A model generated the notes under the pieces. It had not been told where the DNA came from. It made no database searches and was given only the letters and a program-made list of their open reading frames with translations. DNA of 63,981 nt, filler included, from Octopus bimaculoides (taxonomy: Eukaryota), in NCBI RefSeq assembly GCF_001194135.2. It is 5 parts of 3 records of this genome, joined end to end, with 100 filler letters (N's around TTAATTAATTAA, not from the genome) between each part and the next. Parts side by side here need not be neighbours in the genome. Positions count along the whole stretch, not along the records: positions 1 to 30,009 come from NC_068985.1; 4 more parts are not named here. One strand, 5' to 3'. The translations under genes were made by a program, and so were the position numbers. Numbering within the stretch: position 1 is the stretch's first letter; each line of letters opens with the position of its first letter. Shown here one piece after another: positions 1 to 14,254 of this stretch.

Positions 1-1354
1 TGTACAACTTCATCTTTAGACATGAATTCTCTTTTAATATTGGAACCTACATTTGGACTTCATTTCAATTAGTTTCATTTCTGAACCACATTACAAGTTT
101 TATTCTTGGCTTAATGCATGGTACCAGACCATTAATATTTAGTAAAGACAGAAATTTTGGTTTCAAATTTTGGCACAAGGCCTGTAATGTCAATTGGTAC
201 TTATTTTATCGACCCTCAAAAGAAAGAAGATGACTTTGTTGAGATATAAACTCAGAAAGTGAAGATGGACAAAATGCCACTAAGCACTTTGCCTGGCATA
301 GTAATAATTCTGGAAGCTCACCGGTAAGACATATATGTCCTGATTCTTTGACAGCCAAAGAAACACAGAAATACAGAACACATGTTACTGTGGACCTGTT
401 TACTTCAGTAGAGTGTTTAAGTACTCAATAATGACGCCAGACTGAAGTTTATATTCTGGTGGTCCTTGTGGTCAAAATGGACACCATACAGATTAAAGAA
501 CGAAAGCTACATAACCTTCATAAAAGAGGATCACACCCTCAACAGGTCTGAGGTGTAGAATTTCACTTGGGGCATTTGCTTGCTCATTTCCATATGCATA
601 ACAATTTGTCTCTTTGTTAAATATTATCAATTAAGCTCCAAAGATAACCTTGCAGCATGTAGAGTCCATTGATTTTGGCTCTTGTTGTACATCATAAGAA
701 CATATTCCCAAAGATGATCGTGTCTCTGAAGACTGTTCCTTAGGATTCACTTTAGCCATATTCCTGACAATAGCATCTGGCTACACTAGCAGTCTAGGCA
801 TGACTTTTGGATTGGCAAAGACAAAAAGAAATTAAATTTTTTTTTTTTGTCAGAACATAAGGTATAGCAACTGAGAAGTGAAAACCATTTTAACTGACCA
901 GCTGTGGCTACTTAACTCTTTGGCATTTAAAGCAGTTATATCCAGCCCGAATGTTCCATCTGATTTATGTTGAAGATAGCCAGATCTGACATTTCACACC
1001 TACCCTACAATCTCATTCTAAAAATAAACAAACATCTCATGAAATATGCAAAGCTACAAGATAAACCATGATCAATTCAAAATGATGTGAATAAAGAAGC
1101 TTTACATTTCCCAGAGTAATCTGATTGCTAAACGGTTAATCATTGTATATTTTTTTAGTATCATCATATTTAATGATGCATATTTTTATGTCCATGTAGA
1201 GTGTATTATTTTCAAAATACAACGCATAAGAATTTAAAGATAATCATCAGTCCTCAGTCCCTTCTTGTCCAACATAGTTCTCCATGCAATAACACAGGAT
1301 ATATATATCTTTTTTATATTTGTTTCGGTCATTAGACCGTAGAACCTCCAAGTC

Positions 1355-2130
1355 ATGGTGATGCAAGCACAACAAAACTGGTTGTCAAGCAGTGGTGTAG
1401 GAGGAACACACAGACACGCAGTCATACCTTTGCTGGCAACTAATGGCCTCTCGCTCAGGGTGAAAGGTAGACTGTATGATGCATGTGTGCGAACTGCCAT
1501 GCTACATGGCAGGGAAACATGGGCCATGAATGCTGAGGACATGCATAGGCTTGAAAGAAATGAAGGTAATATGATCTACTGGATGTGTAATGTCAGTGTG
1601 CATACACAACAGAGTGTAAGCACCCTGAGAGAAAAGCTGCATAAGAAGCATGAAATGTGGTGTACAAAGGAGGCATCTGTGTTGGTATGGTCATATGTTA
1701 CGTATGAATCAAGACAGCTGTGTGAAGAAGTGCCCCTCCCTAAATGTAGAAGGAACCTGTGGAAGTGGTAGACTCGGGAAGACTTGGGATGAGGTGGTGA
1801 AGCATGAACTTCAAACATTGGGCCTCACAAAGGCAAAGACGGGAGACCGGGACCTTTGTAGATATGCTGTGGCTGAGAAGACCTAGCAACTAAAGTCAGA
1901 TTGCAGCCACACATGTCCAGCCCTGTTAAGAATACCCCTGATGCGTCAAGCGATATGATATGCTTGAGAAGAACTGTTGCGTCAAGTAAAACCAATATCA
2001 TAGCTGTGGCCAGTGCCCCCTGACTGGCTCCCATGCCAGTGGCTTGTAAAAAGCAGCAACTGAATATGGCCAATGCCAGTACCCCCAGACTGGCTCCTGT
2101 GCTAGTGGCACGTAAAAAGCACCATTCCGG
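1355..2130 (+). mobile_element. RTE-clade LINE 3' fragment (ORF C-terminus plus 3' UTR), decayed
   Basis: VKGRLYDACVRTAMLHG.ETW, WYGHMLRM and GKTWDEVV motifs across frameshifted ORFs 1355-1771 and 1650-1886. Confidence 0.85.
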
Positions 2131-2334
2131 ATGGGCCGGGGGCTTTCCCTGTCTTCATACTCTTGATTGCTTTATCTACCAAGGTACTGTCAATTCGGAT
2201 AACTACTCCCTCTGTTGGGTCGACATTCGGCAGACTCTCTTTCTACCATTCATTCTCTTTATTGAGCAACCTTTCATAGTGGCGTCTCCAAACCTTTTTC
2301 TTTGCAGCCTCATTTAGTGCAAGTGAACCATCAT

Positions 2335-2835
2335 CTATACAGAGACACATTTCTCTCCTACGACATAATGATTCTCTCTCACTCACTGTCTTCCAACACG
2401 AAATACTTGAAGTCTTTGGTCCCCACGGTGCAGAACATTGGCAATTTTTTTCTTATCTGCTTCCCCTCTGGCTAAATAAACCTGTCTCCTAGATTCCCTT
2501 CTGGCAGTCTGATACAATTTCCTGCTACCTCCATTCTTACAGTCTTTCCAAGCCTGTTTCTTTTGCCTGATAGCCCTATCTACCATATTATCTTGGGTCG
2601 AGAAGGGACTTTGCACCATCCACAGATCTGGTCAGAGGCTCTCAGAGGATTGTCCTGTAGAAACCTCCAGTTGTCTTCCACATTATGTGATGCTATATCC
2701 CCTTCTATTTTGTCAAAGGCGTTGAGTAATACATCTCTAAATCTCTGTCCATTTGCAGGATTTTTAAGCTTCCAGACCCTTCTCCTCCAAGCTAGTCTTC
2801 TTCTGGGCATCCATTTAGCTCTGATCCCGAAGTTA
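2335..2835 (-). mobile_element. RTE LINE internal ORF fragment
   Basis: Frameshifted ORFs 2383-2619 and 2580-2810 (DRAIRQKKQAWK...YQTARRESRRQVYLARGEA) resemble the region between endonuclease and RT. Confidence 0.65.
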
Positions 2836-3350
2836 CTAAATGCTATGTATTACGTTTAAAATTTTAGTTTAACAGCAATTCTTCGATAAGATAGGTTATG
2901 ATTTTATTTTAAGAAATAATGTTAAATGTTTTTCGATAACATATTTATTTATTGTTAAAACAAGTCTTTTTTTTATATATTTATTTGATATTTATTATAA
3001 TACGTACATTGATTTTTTTATTATTATTATTTTAATTTTATTTTAGAAATGACAAGTGACTATATTTTTGGATAGATTTAATTGTAGATCGATTTGATTA
3101 TTAATTGAATTATTAATCAATTGGTTTTATTAGTTATCTATTTGAAAATATAGCCACGAAACGTGTGTAGTCATTTTATACCATTTACAAGTTATTCTTT
3201 TATGTACTTTATTGATTTTTAGAATAAGCTTTTTATGACATATTTATTTTCTAGAGGGTGTGAATTACATTCTTCATTATTTAATTATTTAATAATGGTT
3301 TTTCTCTAAATTATATACATTAATATCATTATATATATATATATATATAT

Positions 3351-3545
3351 GGGAGAATATACAAATAATAACAACAGACGAGGACAGGTGGTGTAAATAA
3401 CAAAAGTATATATTAGTATGACGCTCGGGAATACGGAAAGTCTTTGACGTTTCGAGCTACGCTCTTCAACAGAAAGAATACGGAGACAAGGAGAAAAACA
3501 CGGAGAAAAAAAATTGAATAGTGTTCAGTCAACGGTCAATCATAT
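3351..3545 (-). mobile_element. Small (TA)n-flanked element carrying the hammerhead-like motif, probably Penelope-derived
   Basis: Bounded by TA microsatellites on both sides; truncated relative at ~41990-42080. Confidence 0.5.
3441..3477 (-). ncRNA. Variant or degenerate hammerhead-like motif
   Basis: Minus strand TCTTT-CTGTTGA-A-GAGC-GTA-GCTC-GAAA-C-GTC-AAAGA; stems I and II pair; core has A6 to U change and an extra A. Confidence 0.45.
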
Positions 3546-3650
3546 ATATATATATATATGATTATATTGTGGACACATTTATACATCACAATCTCCTCAT
3601 TTCAATAAAGCAAAAATCCAATTTAAACAAAATGTATTAAAAATATTTAC

Positions 3651-3709
3651 TTAGCTCTTTCTTTGTCAATATCTTCATTGTCCAGGTCGTTCAAAAGATC
3701 TCTGTAACG
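3651..3709 (-). CDS. Novel repeat-protein gene, long exon A1 (59 nt; RYRDLLNDLDNEDIDKERA+AA)
   Basis: Minus-strand acceptor ttttgaatatttatag and donor gtaaat; phase 0 to phase 2; open frame; paralogous to exons at 16157 and 25285. Confidence 0.85.
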
Positions 3710-4574
3710 CTATAAATATTCAAAATAAAAGTATATGTTTAGAATCTTTATAATAAAATTAATGATTTAACATCTGTAGTTTTATTTTACTATGTAATTG
3801 ACACTTCAATCAAACTGGATATTGCCTGACTTCCTGAAGCAATTGGTTGTTTTGCTTCTCTACATCCACAGCAACATCAAATTTCAGACGTTTGATTCAA
3901 AAACAGACACAAACATTGGAATAATTCCAGAACAAATTCTTTCAACCAACTTTATACTGTAGGAAAATTAAAGTAATAATTTCTAAACAAAGCACAAGAT
4001 CACACATTTTGTAGGAGTCTAGTTATTTGCCCACAGAACTCAACTAATAAAGGAATGTGGTTTACTACTTAGGGTTTTAACTTCACAATTATAAAGTAAT
4101 GGCTTTGGTTCCTGGACCAAGAGGTACATTATGCCCCTGAGTAAAACAGTTCAGTATATTTCCCTCAGTCAACTTAGCTGACAATATGCAACAACTGAGT
4201 GGTGCTGGAGCACTCTCTCAATCCAATTATCATGTCCTCACTGTTAGGTGAAAGTAGGATGGTTGAGAAGTTGTTTGTATTGAATTGTCACTGAATAGAC
4301 ATATAAAACACTAAGTGAAAATATAGTTTCATGCTACCAGGTCATACTATTTTGTGTGAGATAGCTATGAGGTTATTTTTCTAAATACTTGACTAATATT
4401 ATTTTCTCAAGCCTGGAAAAGTGAAAGACAAAATTGACAAATTTGGGATTCAAAATCAGGCAATAACCCTCCAATTCATTAAAAGAAGTGGCAAAATATT
4501 TATTACACCTTGAATACAATTAAAAAAAAAATTAAAAGTTCTGCATATACTAGATATTGCAGTATCCAGATATA

Positions 4575-4962
4575 CTCTCTTTACTCTTTACTTGTTTCAG
4601 TCATTTGACTGCGGCCATGCTGGAGCACCGCCTTTAGTCGAGCAAATCGACCCCAGGGCTTATTCTTTGTAAACCTAGTACTTATTCTATCGGTCACCTT
4701 TTGCTGAACCGCTAAGTGACGGGGACATAAGCATCGGTTGTCAAGCGATGTTAGGGGGACAAACACAGACACACAAACACACATATATATACATATATAC
4801 GACGGGCTTCTTTCAGTTTCTGTCTACCAAATCCACTCACAAGGCTTTGGACGGCCCGAGGCTATAGGAGAAGACACTTGCCCAAGATGCCACGCAGTAG
4901 GACTGAACCCGGGACCATGTGGTTGGTAAACAAGCTACTTATCACACAGCCACTCCTATGCC
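4575..4962 (-). mobile_element. tRNA-derived SINE, abundant family 1
   Basis: Head gtggctgtgtg..aagtagcttg, internal TA tract, tail cagtcaaatgactgaaacaagtaaaagag; short TSD tatact; empty site in the paralogous intron at ~17030. Confidence 0.88.
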
Positions 4963-6952
4963 TATACTATTTGTGTAAAAAAAAAAAAAAGAAGACAAAA
5001 TGTTATCACTTTCAGCAACCTTTCTCAATCAGAACTGACCATTATTAAGCTTTACTGATTGAATGCACCCATATCCAGCCTGAATATTCTAACTGTTTTA
5101 TATTCACACCAACTACATCTGACTTCCCAACTACATCATCAAGTCTCTTCCTCTTAATGCTGCATCAAATTACCAATATTGAAAAGATGTGTAGAATTCC
5201 AAAACAAAGTAGAGAAGTAAAATATGTTTGGAGAATGAAATAAATCTAATCTCTAGTCCCTAACAGAGAAGGACCCTCACAGAAGGCAGCATATAATCAT
5301 TTCATTTGTTTAATTATAGGAACTAAATTGTCATCAATTATCATCTCTGAAATAGCATCAGCTTATATGAAGTTCTTCAATTTCAGACAATGATCCAAAA
5401 GAAAGATAATACTTTTATGATTTTTTTATAAGTTTCTCAAATGAGGCAAGTTAGTTTCCATGACATTTTGGTAGCCCTGCCTCAGACTTGTAAGAATTTC
5501 AGTGTAGGATGTTCAGCCTGAATAACTGAAGGTAAAAAATGAAACCCAAACTGTTGGTAATCTTTATCACCACATGAGTGAAAATGAGGAATTGTACATT
5601 AAATGTTTCTGCTGCTGCTGCTACTACTGCTACTGCTGCTGCTACTTCCATCGACAACCAAAACCATTACTACTACTACCACTACATTCACCAGAGGACT
5701 ATTGCTTTGTCAACTGACATTGTTGCAAGTGTCACCTGTGATTAGGCTGCGGCCCAATTTTAGACAACATGAAGAGATTATCTGTTGAATTAATCCCAAC
5801 ACTGACATGAATTGAAGTAGAGGAAGGACAAACTCTGAATAAAAATTAAAAAAAACACCACCTGCACTGGATTTGATCCTATGACTTAAGAGTATGCAAT
5901 CCAATATTTTATTCCCACAACCATAGCATTTCTGCAGGTGTATATACTTTGGCAGTTTATAATTAAATAATACCAGATTTAGTAACAAATTAGTTACTTT
6001 TAGCTCTGTTTTAATTGTTTAGCCCTAGGTCAGTCCTCCTCCAGTAGACCTATTATCCCAGAAGAACGTTTCTTATGACTAAACCCAAAAAGGATACTTT
6101 TGCAGGGCCTCCATCACTGGTAGGAAAAGGTGAGGATGGAACCATTGATTGTTTGGTATCATCAGACCATTTATCTCAAGTGAATGCTTACTACAGGAGG
6201 AATTCCACCGAATGCATCACTGGTACAGCTGATGGTATTAGAATGGAGTAGGGATCAAATCTAACACCAAAGAACAAGTAAAGTTCATGCAAAAGAGCTT
6301 GCTGCTACCAAATTTCATACACGACATTTGGCTTAACCCCAGGTTAGGGGTTGAGTATTGAGATTGAACCTGAAATCACACAATTCCTAAGAAAACTTTT
6401 TAAATGCATATCAATGCTTGTGCCTGCTTTGTGGCTGTGAAAGTGGATGGCTGTATTTTAAATGGGAGTGAGTATTGTTGGGTGGGTAAAAACGTTCAAT
6501 TTGAAACCACATGGTTCCTGATTCAATCCCAATGCACAGCACCTTGGGCAAGTGTTTTCTACCACAGTTATTGTTTGACCAATTCCTTGTGAATAAAATT
6601 TGGTAGATGGAAACTGTGTAGAAGACCAGCTGTTGCATGTACATTGAAGCCTCCCTCTGTCTACAGCACAATGTTATCTAAGGAAAAGACAAAGGCCAAT
6701 ACAGTTTCACAGTATGGCTGTGAGAAGGGAAAGGGCAGGATGAGATATCACAAGGCATCCAATCAAGTGTTTTAACAATCCTGGACTGCTATTATTATTA
6801 TTACCAAATTCAAAAAGGGAAAGGTACAATTAACTGCATTGATATTTGAACTCAGAATGTAGACAACCAAGACAAATACCGCAAAGCCTTCTACATGATG
6901 CTCTTATCACTCTGCCAATATACTGCACAGTAAATAAATCATATCAACTAAC

Positions 6953-6986
6953 CTCGCGTTCTTTAAAGTGTCTCCCTACCAGTTCC
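6953..6986 (-). CDS. Novel repeat-protein gene, short exon (34 nt; G+ELVGRHFKERE)
   Basis: Acceptor tgtttcttttgcag, donor gttagt; phase 2 to 0; same length and invariant TTT codon as the five other short exons. Confidence 0.85.
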
Positions 6987-7629
6987 CTGCAAAAGAAACA
7001 AACATATTTTTATCATATTGTAATCACCATCATTACTTCTACATTAGCTCACAAAAAGAACCATTACAGAATTATTATTTTGTGTTTGTACATTTTAATA
7101 TTTTAATCTAAATCTACAATTCATTTGAATAGGTTCAATCTCTAATTATCACCAGGCATCATATTTGTTGATGTCTGTAGTGTATCAATCTGGAATGTAT
7201 TTGAATTATAAGTCATTTGAAGACCTTCATCCATCAATAATCTTTAGAGAACGTTGAAGGTTTTTGCAGATTTTCTTCTAAATATATTTGAACGAGTTTT
7301 TATGGACATTTATAGGTGAATAGTATTATTCTTTCTACTTTTTTTTTTATTATCATTGCTGGTGCACATGAATGTTTTAGATTCAGAATCAGTGTTCTTG
7401 ATAATTGGTCACAAGGAGTTTCCTTAGATGTCAAGGACCTTTCTTACAATCCTTGCTCTTCCCAATACAGCAGATTTCAGAATTGATGCAATTCTGGTTT
7501 TGTTCTTGACAATTGCTGATCATTTCAATGTGAACTGGGGAAAGAAATAATCTTGAACAGAAAATTCCTCCCCTGTCTCTGTTCTGTGTGTGTATGGAAT
7601 AGGCTTGAACCTTCTTTTCCTTGCAGTTA

Positions 7630-9385
7630 ATCATCATGATTGTTTAACATCTGCTTACCATGCAGGCATGGGTTGGATGGTTTGACCGAAAACTGGTAAG
7701 CCAGGGAGCTGCATCAAGCTCCAACCTGATTTGGCAAGGTTTCTATGGCTGAATGCCCTTCCTAACATCAATCACTCCAACAGTGCAGTGGGTGCTTTTG
7801 CATACCACTGGCATGGGTGCCATTGATATGATACCAGCATCAGCCATGTCTATGATCTCACTTGGCTTAACGGGTCTTCACAAACACAGTATATCACCAA
7901 AGGTCTTGCTCACTTGTCACTGCCTCCGTGAAGTCCAATGCTTGAACAGTATTTTTTACATGCGACTGGTATGAGTGCCAGTTAGATGGCACTGGCATTG
8001 GCCACAACTATGATCTCACTAGGCTTGTCAGATTTTCTCAAGCACAGCATATCGCCAAAGGTCTCAGTTACTTACCATTGCCTCTGTGAGGCACAACTAT
8101 CAAAGATCATGCCTGATCACTTCGGCCCATATCTTTCTGGGTCTGTTTCTTCCACAGGTTTCCTCCACCATTAGAGGGCAGCACTTCTGGCCTTGTCCAT
8201 GAGCATCATATGACCATACCCATGCAGTCATCTCTCTTGCACACCATATCTGATACCTCTTATACCCAACTTTTCTGTCAAGATGCTTACACTGTCGTGC
8301 ATGCACACTGATATTACACATCCAGTAGAGCCTACGAGATTCATATCTTACAAGCCTATGCATGCCCTCGGCAGTCACTGTTTCACTGCCATGTAGCATG
8401 GCTATTTGCACCTAAGCATCATACAATCTTCCACAGCAGAGGTAGGAGCTCTTTGAACTTTGCTCAGCCTATTCTTCTTCTAACGGCTATGTACTTGGAG
8501 CATCTGACTTGGCCACCTACCTTCCACACACAAAAGCTATTTTCCCTGTTAACCTTCCTCTGATATTGCTGCACATCTTATGTGTCTATAGCTTACACTG
8601 GATACAACTTATGGAGTTTCTACCTTCATATTTTCTACAGATCGAGCAGGGCCATCTACCTAAAGGGATGTGTGATTTGTCTGTCTTTCTACTTACTAAG
8701 GCTTTGGTTTTTGGTACGTTAACTCTAAGGCCCTTCGATTCTAGACCTTGCTTCCACACCTGAAACTTTTCTAGTTCTGGAAGTGATTCAGTTATAAGAA
8801 CAAGGTCATCAGCATAGAGGAACTCCCAGGGGCAGCCTCTCTTGAATTTCTCAGTTATTGCCTAGAGGACTATGATAAACAAGAGGGGGCTGAGGACTGA
8901 TCCTTGGTGAACCCCTACCCCTACCTGGAATTCTTCGCTATACTCGTTGCCAACCCTCACCTTACTGACCACATCCCTGTACTTGGCTTGTACAGCTCTC
9001 ATCAATCACTAGTCAATCCCTAGTTTCTGCATTGACCATCAGATAAGAGAATGAGGGACCATGTCAAAGGCTTTTTCCAAGTCAACAAAAGCCAAGTACA
9101 AAGGATTATCTTTGGTTAGGTATTTCTCCTGCAGCTGTTTTACCAGAAATATAGCATCAGTGGTGTTATTCTCAGCACAAAACCCAACTGCATCTCATCC
9201 AGACTAACTCTCTCGCTAATTAGTTGGGTTATGACTCTCTCTGTGACTTTCATTAATTGATCCAACAATTTGAAACCTCTGTAATTATTTCTAAAGCAGC
9301 ACCTTTACTTTTGTAGCAGTTGACTATGGTGCTGCTACACCACTCATTGGGTATGACTCTTTTGTGTACCATCTGGTTAAATATA
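7630..9385 (-). mobile_element. RTE LINE fragments (RT domain ~8780-9385, C-terminus ~8100-8500, 3' UTR with GAT-type tail)
   Basis: Minus-strand remnants of the KAFD and GVHQGSVLSPLLF motifs; AMLHGSET; same family as 1355-2130. Confidence 0.8.
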
Positions 9386-9600
9386 TACAAACAAAAATAG
9401 TATATTTAAAGTTGCATAACCAGGACTTACTGCAGTTGAAACATATATATTTAATGTTGTCTCATATCAACAATGTCATGGCTTCTACTATTTCCCAGAT
9501 TTATACATCCTGACATCATTACAATATTTATATACATCACAGCTTCTACATAATTAAAGGTAAAAATTAAATTCAAGCAGAATCTTATAAAATTACTTAC

Positions 9601-9665
9601 AGAGCTTCCTTCTTTTTTATAGAGTATGGATAGTTCTGCATTTCCTTTTCGAAATCTTCATATGA
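9601..9665 (-). CDS. Novel repeat-protein gene, long exon B1 (65 nt; SYEDFEKEMQNYPYSIKKKEA+CT)
   Basis: Acceptor ttgtaatcgtttctag, donor gtaagt; phase 0 to 2; paralogous to 20171 and 27799. Confidence 0.88.
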
Positions 9666-10040
9666 CTAGAAACGATTACAATAAAAGCATTTGTTGTAAC
9701 TTTATAATAAAAGCAATGATTTGACATTAATAATTCTATTTTGGACTGGTTACGACTCTTCAATGAAACAAAACATTACCTGACTCACAGAAACACTTAA
9801 ACAGAAAAAAAGCTTATCCTTTTCTCTATACATTCTAACTTCCAGTAAAGAGCTGAAATCATTGACTGATGGGGGATATTGCCTAACTTGAGAAGTGATG
9901 CAGTAAAGGGATGTAACACAATACTACAAGGCATTTAATCTTGCACTGTCAACTGATTTTGATATTCCTTTCTTAAAAGAAAATTCTATGCACTCACTAA
10001 AAGATAGCAGCAAATATCTCCCTGAAACCTTGCAGAAAAA

Positions 10041-10427
10041 AGGCATGGCTGTGTGGTAAGAAGTCTGTTTCCCCAACCACAAAGTTACAGGTTCAGTCCC
10101 ACAACATGTAACCACAGGCAAGTGTTTTCTACTATAGCTTTGGGTTGACCAAAGTCTTGAAAGTGGATTTGGTTACAGAGACCGAAAGAAGCCTGCCACA
10201 CATGTGTGTGTGTGTGCATCTTTGTTTGTCTTGAACCACTGCTTGACAATCAGTGCTGGTGTGCTGATGCCCCGATAACCTAGCAGTCCACCAAAAATGA
10301 TCAACAGAATAAGTACCAATCTTAAAAACAATAGGTACAGGGGTTGATACATTCCACTAAAAATTATGAAAAGTGGTACCCCAGCATGGCCACAGTTTAG
10401 TGACTGAAACAAGATGAAAGGTGAAAG
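10041..10427 (+). mobile_element. SINE family 1
   Basis: Same head and tail; matching insertion at 28240-28612 in duplication unit 3. Confidence 0.8.
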
Positions 10428-11486
10428 ATATATTGTATATTGCTGTATCAAGATACACAGTGAGTCCATTAGCTTCTATTCCAAAGGAAGAATGGGTACT
10501 TCTCCTACCAGCCACAAACTTTACCTCTGCCTATCAGAAAAAATTGTTGTATGTTGTGTTATCGGATGTGAAAAGATGGAAAGCTATGTTGACCTCAGCA
10601 CAATTTTGAATACAGAAATTAAAGAAAGGTGTTATGCTGTCATTTGATTGCTCAGCTAAATCTTCATCAACTATCATCCTTAAAATGTCTTAAGCAAGTT
10701 TGTTAGAAGGGGCAGGTAAGTTTCCTTGATATTTTGGTAGCGCTGTCTCAGACTTGTAAGAATTTCCAACCTCAACATCTGAAGGAAAAAACAAATGGAT
10801 GGAGAGGGAACTGCTGATTTGGTCCAAATGCATGAAAGTGAGAGAATTCATACAAAAGAAGCAGATGGTGGTGTTAAACTGGGTGGTATGCAAGGCCTGT
10901 AGCCAGTTTTCCTGATAAAACAATGGACTTTGATGAGAACCAAACAGCTGGTCATCTTATGTCCATATGAATGAAAATAACGACCTGTAGATTGGAAATC
11001 ATCATCATCATCATAGTTTTAACTTCCACATTTTATAGCTTTCGCGGGTTTGGCAGAATTCATTCATGTAGATGTTTTTTATAATGTGTTTCTTTGGTCA
11101 TTAGACTCCCATGGAAAGACAATTGGAGCTAAACAACAATAACTGTAATAACCACAAACAACAATAACCACAAACATCACAATCAATGCTGCTGCAGCTA
11201 CTGGTGGTGGTGGTGGTGGTGGTGATGGTGCTGCTGCTACCCCCCACTATTTTAAAAAAGGAATACCACCAGCATTTCACTTTCAAAAGCAAAGCAATGC
11301 TAAATCTAAAAACGACTGTTAAGGGCTCTGGTTTGAGATAAAATAGAGATGAGAGATAACAAGCCTGTGATCAGGATGCTTGTCTGTTTCAGCTCACATT
11401 AACAGAGGATCTACTAACTTATTTCCAACAGCTACACAAACTCAATATGCTGCCTCGTACAAAATAAATAAATAAGAAGAACTAAC

Positions 11487-11520
11487 CTTGTTACTTCCAA
11501 AATGTTTTTTTGCTATCATC
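11487..11520 (-). CDS. Novel repeat-protein gene, short exon (34 nt; G+MIAKKHFGSNK)
   Basis: Acceptor tttatttctttcacag, donor gttagt; phase 2 to 0. Confidence 0.85.
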
Positions 11521-14254
11521 CTGTGAAAGAAATAAAGGAACACATTATTATCACTATCGTGATAATCACCACAATCTTTACATCTTCAGACAAAGACAAA
11601 ATCCATATGATTATAATATTTTGTACAATTAATTCCATCTTTAGACATGAATTCTTTTTTAATGTTTGAACTTGGATTTGGAGTTCATTTCAATTACTTT
11701 AATCTCTGAACCTCATTAGGAGTTTTATTCTTGCCTATTAATATTTATCTCTCAGCAAAGACAGAAATACTGGTTTCAAATTTTGACACAAGGCCTGCAA
11801 TTTCGGGGGAGGGGTAAGTCAACTATATCAACTCCATTGATCAACTGGTACTTATTTTATCAACCTTGAATGGATGAATGGCAAAGTTAACCTTGGCAGA
11901 ATTCCTACTCAGGACGTGAAGATCGACAAAATGCTGCTAAGTATCACCACCATACCAAACACAGAAATATTGAACTGATGTCACTTCTGGCCTTACTAAT
12001 TGCATTATTGGTAAGACATATATGTCCTGATTCTTTGATTCTCATCAGTTTCCCACTTTGGAATTACGAAATCTTCATTCTATAGCATTATATTCATTCA
12101 TTTCTCACTCCATATGTAATCATTAACGTTTTTCAATATTCTTCCATCCCAACCTTTAGAACTTCGCAGTGTTTCGTGTACAAGGCCTTCCATAAATGCA
12201 TGGCATGTTATAAATGCAGTTTTACTGTTCCAACTGAAACAATGCAGATGGAGATGCATAAAATATACATTTTCATCTCAAAAGATGAAGTTAATAATCT
12301 GAAAATCTTATAATCACATCTGCAATAACTCATCTCAANNNNNNNNNNNNNNNNNNNNNNNNNNNNNNNNNNNNNNNNNNNNNNNNNNNNNNNNNNNNNN
12401 NNNNNNNNNNNNNNNNNNNNNNNNNNNNNNNNNNNNNNNNNNNNNNNNNNNNNNNNNNNNNNNNNNNNNNNNNNNNNNNNNNNNNNNNNNNNNNNNNNNN
12501 NNNNNNNNNNNNNNNNNNNNNNNNNNNNNNNNNNNNNNNNNNNNNNNNNNNNNNNNNNNNNNNNNNNNNNNNNNNNNNNNNNNNNNNNNNNNNNNNNNNN
12601 NNNNNNNNNNNNNNNNNNNNNNNNNNNNNNNNNNNNNNNNNNNNNNNNNNNNNNNNNNNNNNNNNNNNNNNNNNNNNNNNNNNNNNNNNNNNNNNNNNNN
12701 NNNNNNNNNNNNNNNNNNNNNNNNNNNNNNNNNNNNNNNNNNNNNNNNNNNNNNNNNNNNNNNNNNNNNNNNNNNNNNNNNNNNNNNNNNNNNNNNNNNN
12801 NNNNNNNNNNNNNNNNNNNNNNNNNNNNNNNNNNNNNNNNNNNNNNNNNNNNNNNNNNNNNNNNNNNNNNNNNNNNNNNNNNNNNNNNNNNNNNNNNNNN
12901 NNNNNNNNNNNNNNNNNNNNNNNNNNNNNNNNNNNNNNNNNNNNNNNNNNNNNNNNNNNNNNNNNNNNNNNNNNNNNNNNNNNNNNNNNNNNNNNNNNNN
13001 NNNNNNNNNNNNNNNNNNNNNNNNNNNNNNNNNNNNNNNNNNNNNNNNNNNNNNNNNNNNNNNNNNNNNNNNNNNNNNNNNNNNNNNNNNNNNNNNNNNN
13101 NNNNNNNNNNNNNNNNNNNNNNNNNNNNNNNNNNNNNNNNNNNNNNNNNNNNNNNNNNNNNNNNNNNNNNNNNNNNNNNNNNNNNNNNNNNNNNNNNNNN
13201 NNNNNNNNNNNNNNNNNNNNNNNNNNNNNNNNNNNNNNNNNNNNNNNNNNNNNNNNNNNNNNNNNNNNNNNNNNNNNNNNNNNNNNNNNNNNNNNNNNNN
13301 NNNNNNNNTAGCAATTTGTGAAAATATCTCAATTTCAAATTTCAATCTAAAAAAAAAAAAGAGAAAAATAAATTCATTCGTCCACCTACCCATCATATCC
13401 AGCCACTATTTGTTGTCAGGTTAGAGTATCACATCTATAGGGTCTAATCAGAAATGACCATCACTAGACTGCCTGACTGGATTTCCAAGAATGACCAACT
13501 GAGACAATATTCTTGCTCCAACCCTAGGTCTCCTTGAAGAGTTCATCTAGTGATTCTTTCCTGCAACATTCTAATGCAGTACCAGAGATGAAACTCTTCA
13601 ATGAGCAGAAGAAGAAGTTTGCCCTAAAGAGACTCCCTAGCCTCCAAGCTATGCACCTTGTCAAGTAACATTACTCTAGAGACCTTTTGGTACACTGTGG
13701 CATGAAAAGTTGCAGCAGAGACAGTAAAAAACCTAAAAACTAAGTCATATAAGAACTCTGGGTTTAAGCTAGACTCTGATATTAGGTTGACCAATAAAGT
13801 ACAAGATGGTATCAAAAAGTTTCCAGACTAGTTCTGTAGCATGCCAACAAATAGCAGTACAAAGTTACACATGCAGTGAGAGCTAGCAGTGACCTTTATG
13901 AGGCAGTGTGCAGATTGACATCTCAGTGTTTACTTTGTAAATTGTGGAATTTGTGTTTTTGTGATCACATGTATATTGTAGTCTGCGATTTTTTGTCAAT
14001 GGATAGGAAATTGGAACAAAGAGCCAATGTTTAGATATATAGATCTTTATATTGGTTTCAAATTTTGGCTCAAGACCAGCAGCTTTCTGAGAAAGCTAAG
14101 TCAATTACAATAACCCCAGTGGTCAAATGTTATTTATTCTCTCAATCCCAAAAGATGAAAAGCAAAGAATTTGAACCCAGAATGTAAAGATGCATGAAAT
14201 ACCAGTAAGCATTATGCTAAAGACTGCCAGCTTACCACCTTATATATGTATCTC

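Noticed and set aside
3790-3960. Conserved block with an acceptor-like ctttaattttcctacag (also at ~16300-16470 and ~25420-25595) as an extra coding exon
   Set aside because: All three minus-strand frames contain stops in every copy and one copy has a 1-nt indel; it behaves as recently duplicated intron. In-frame TGA readthrough as selenocysteine has no support.
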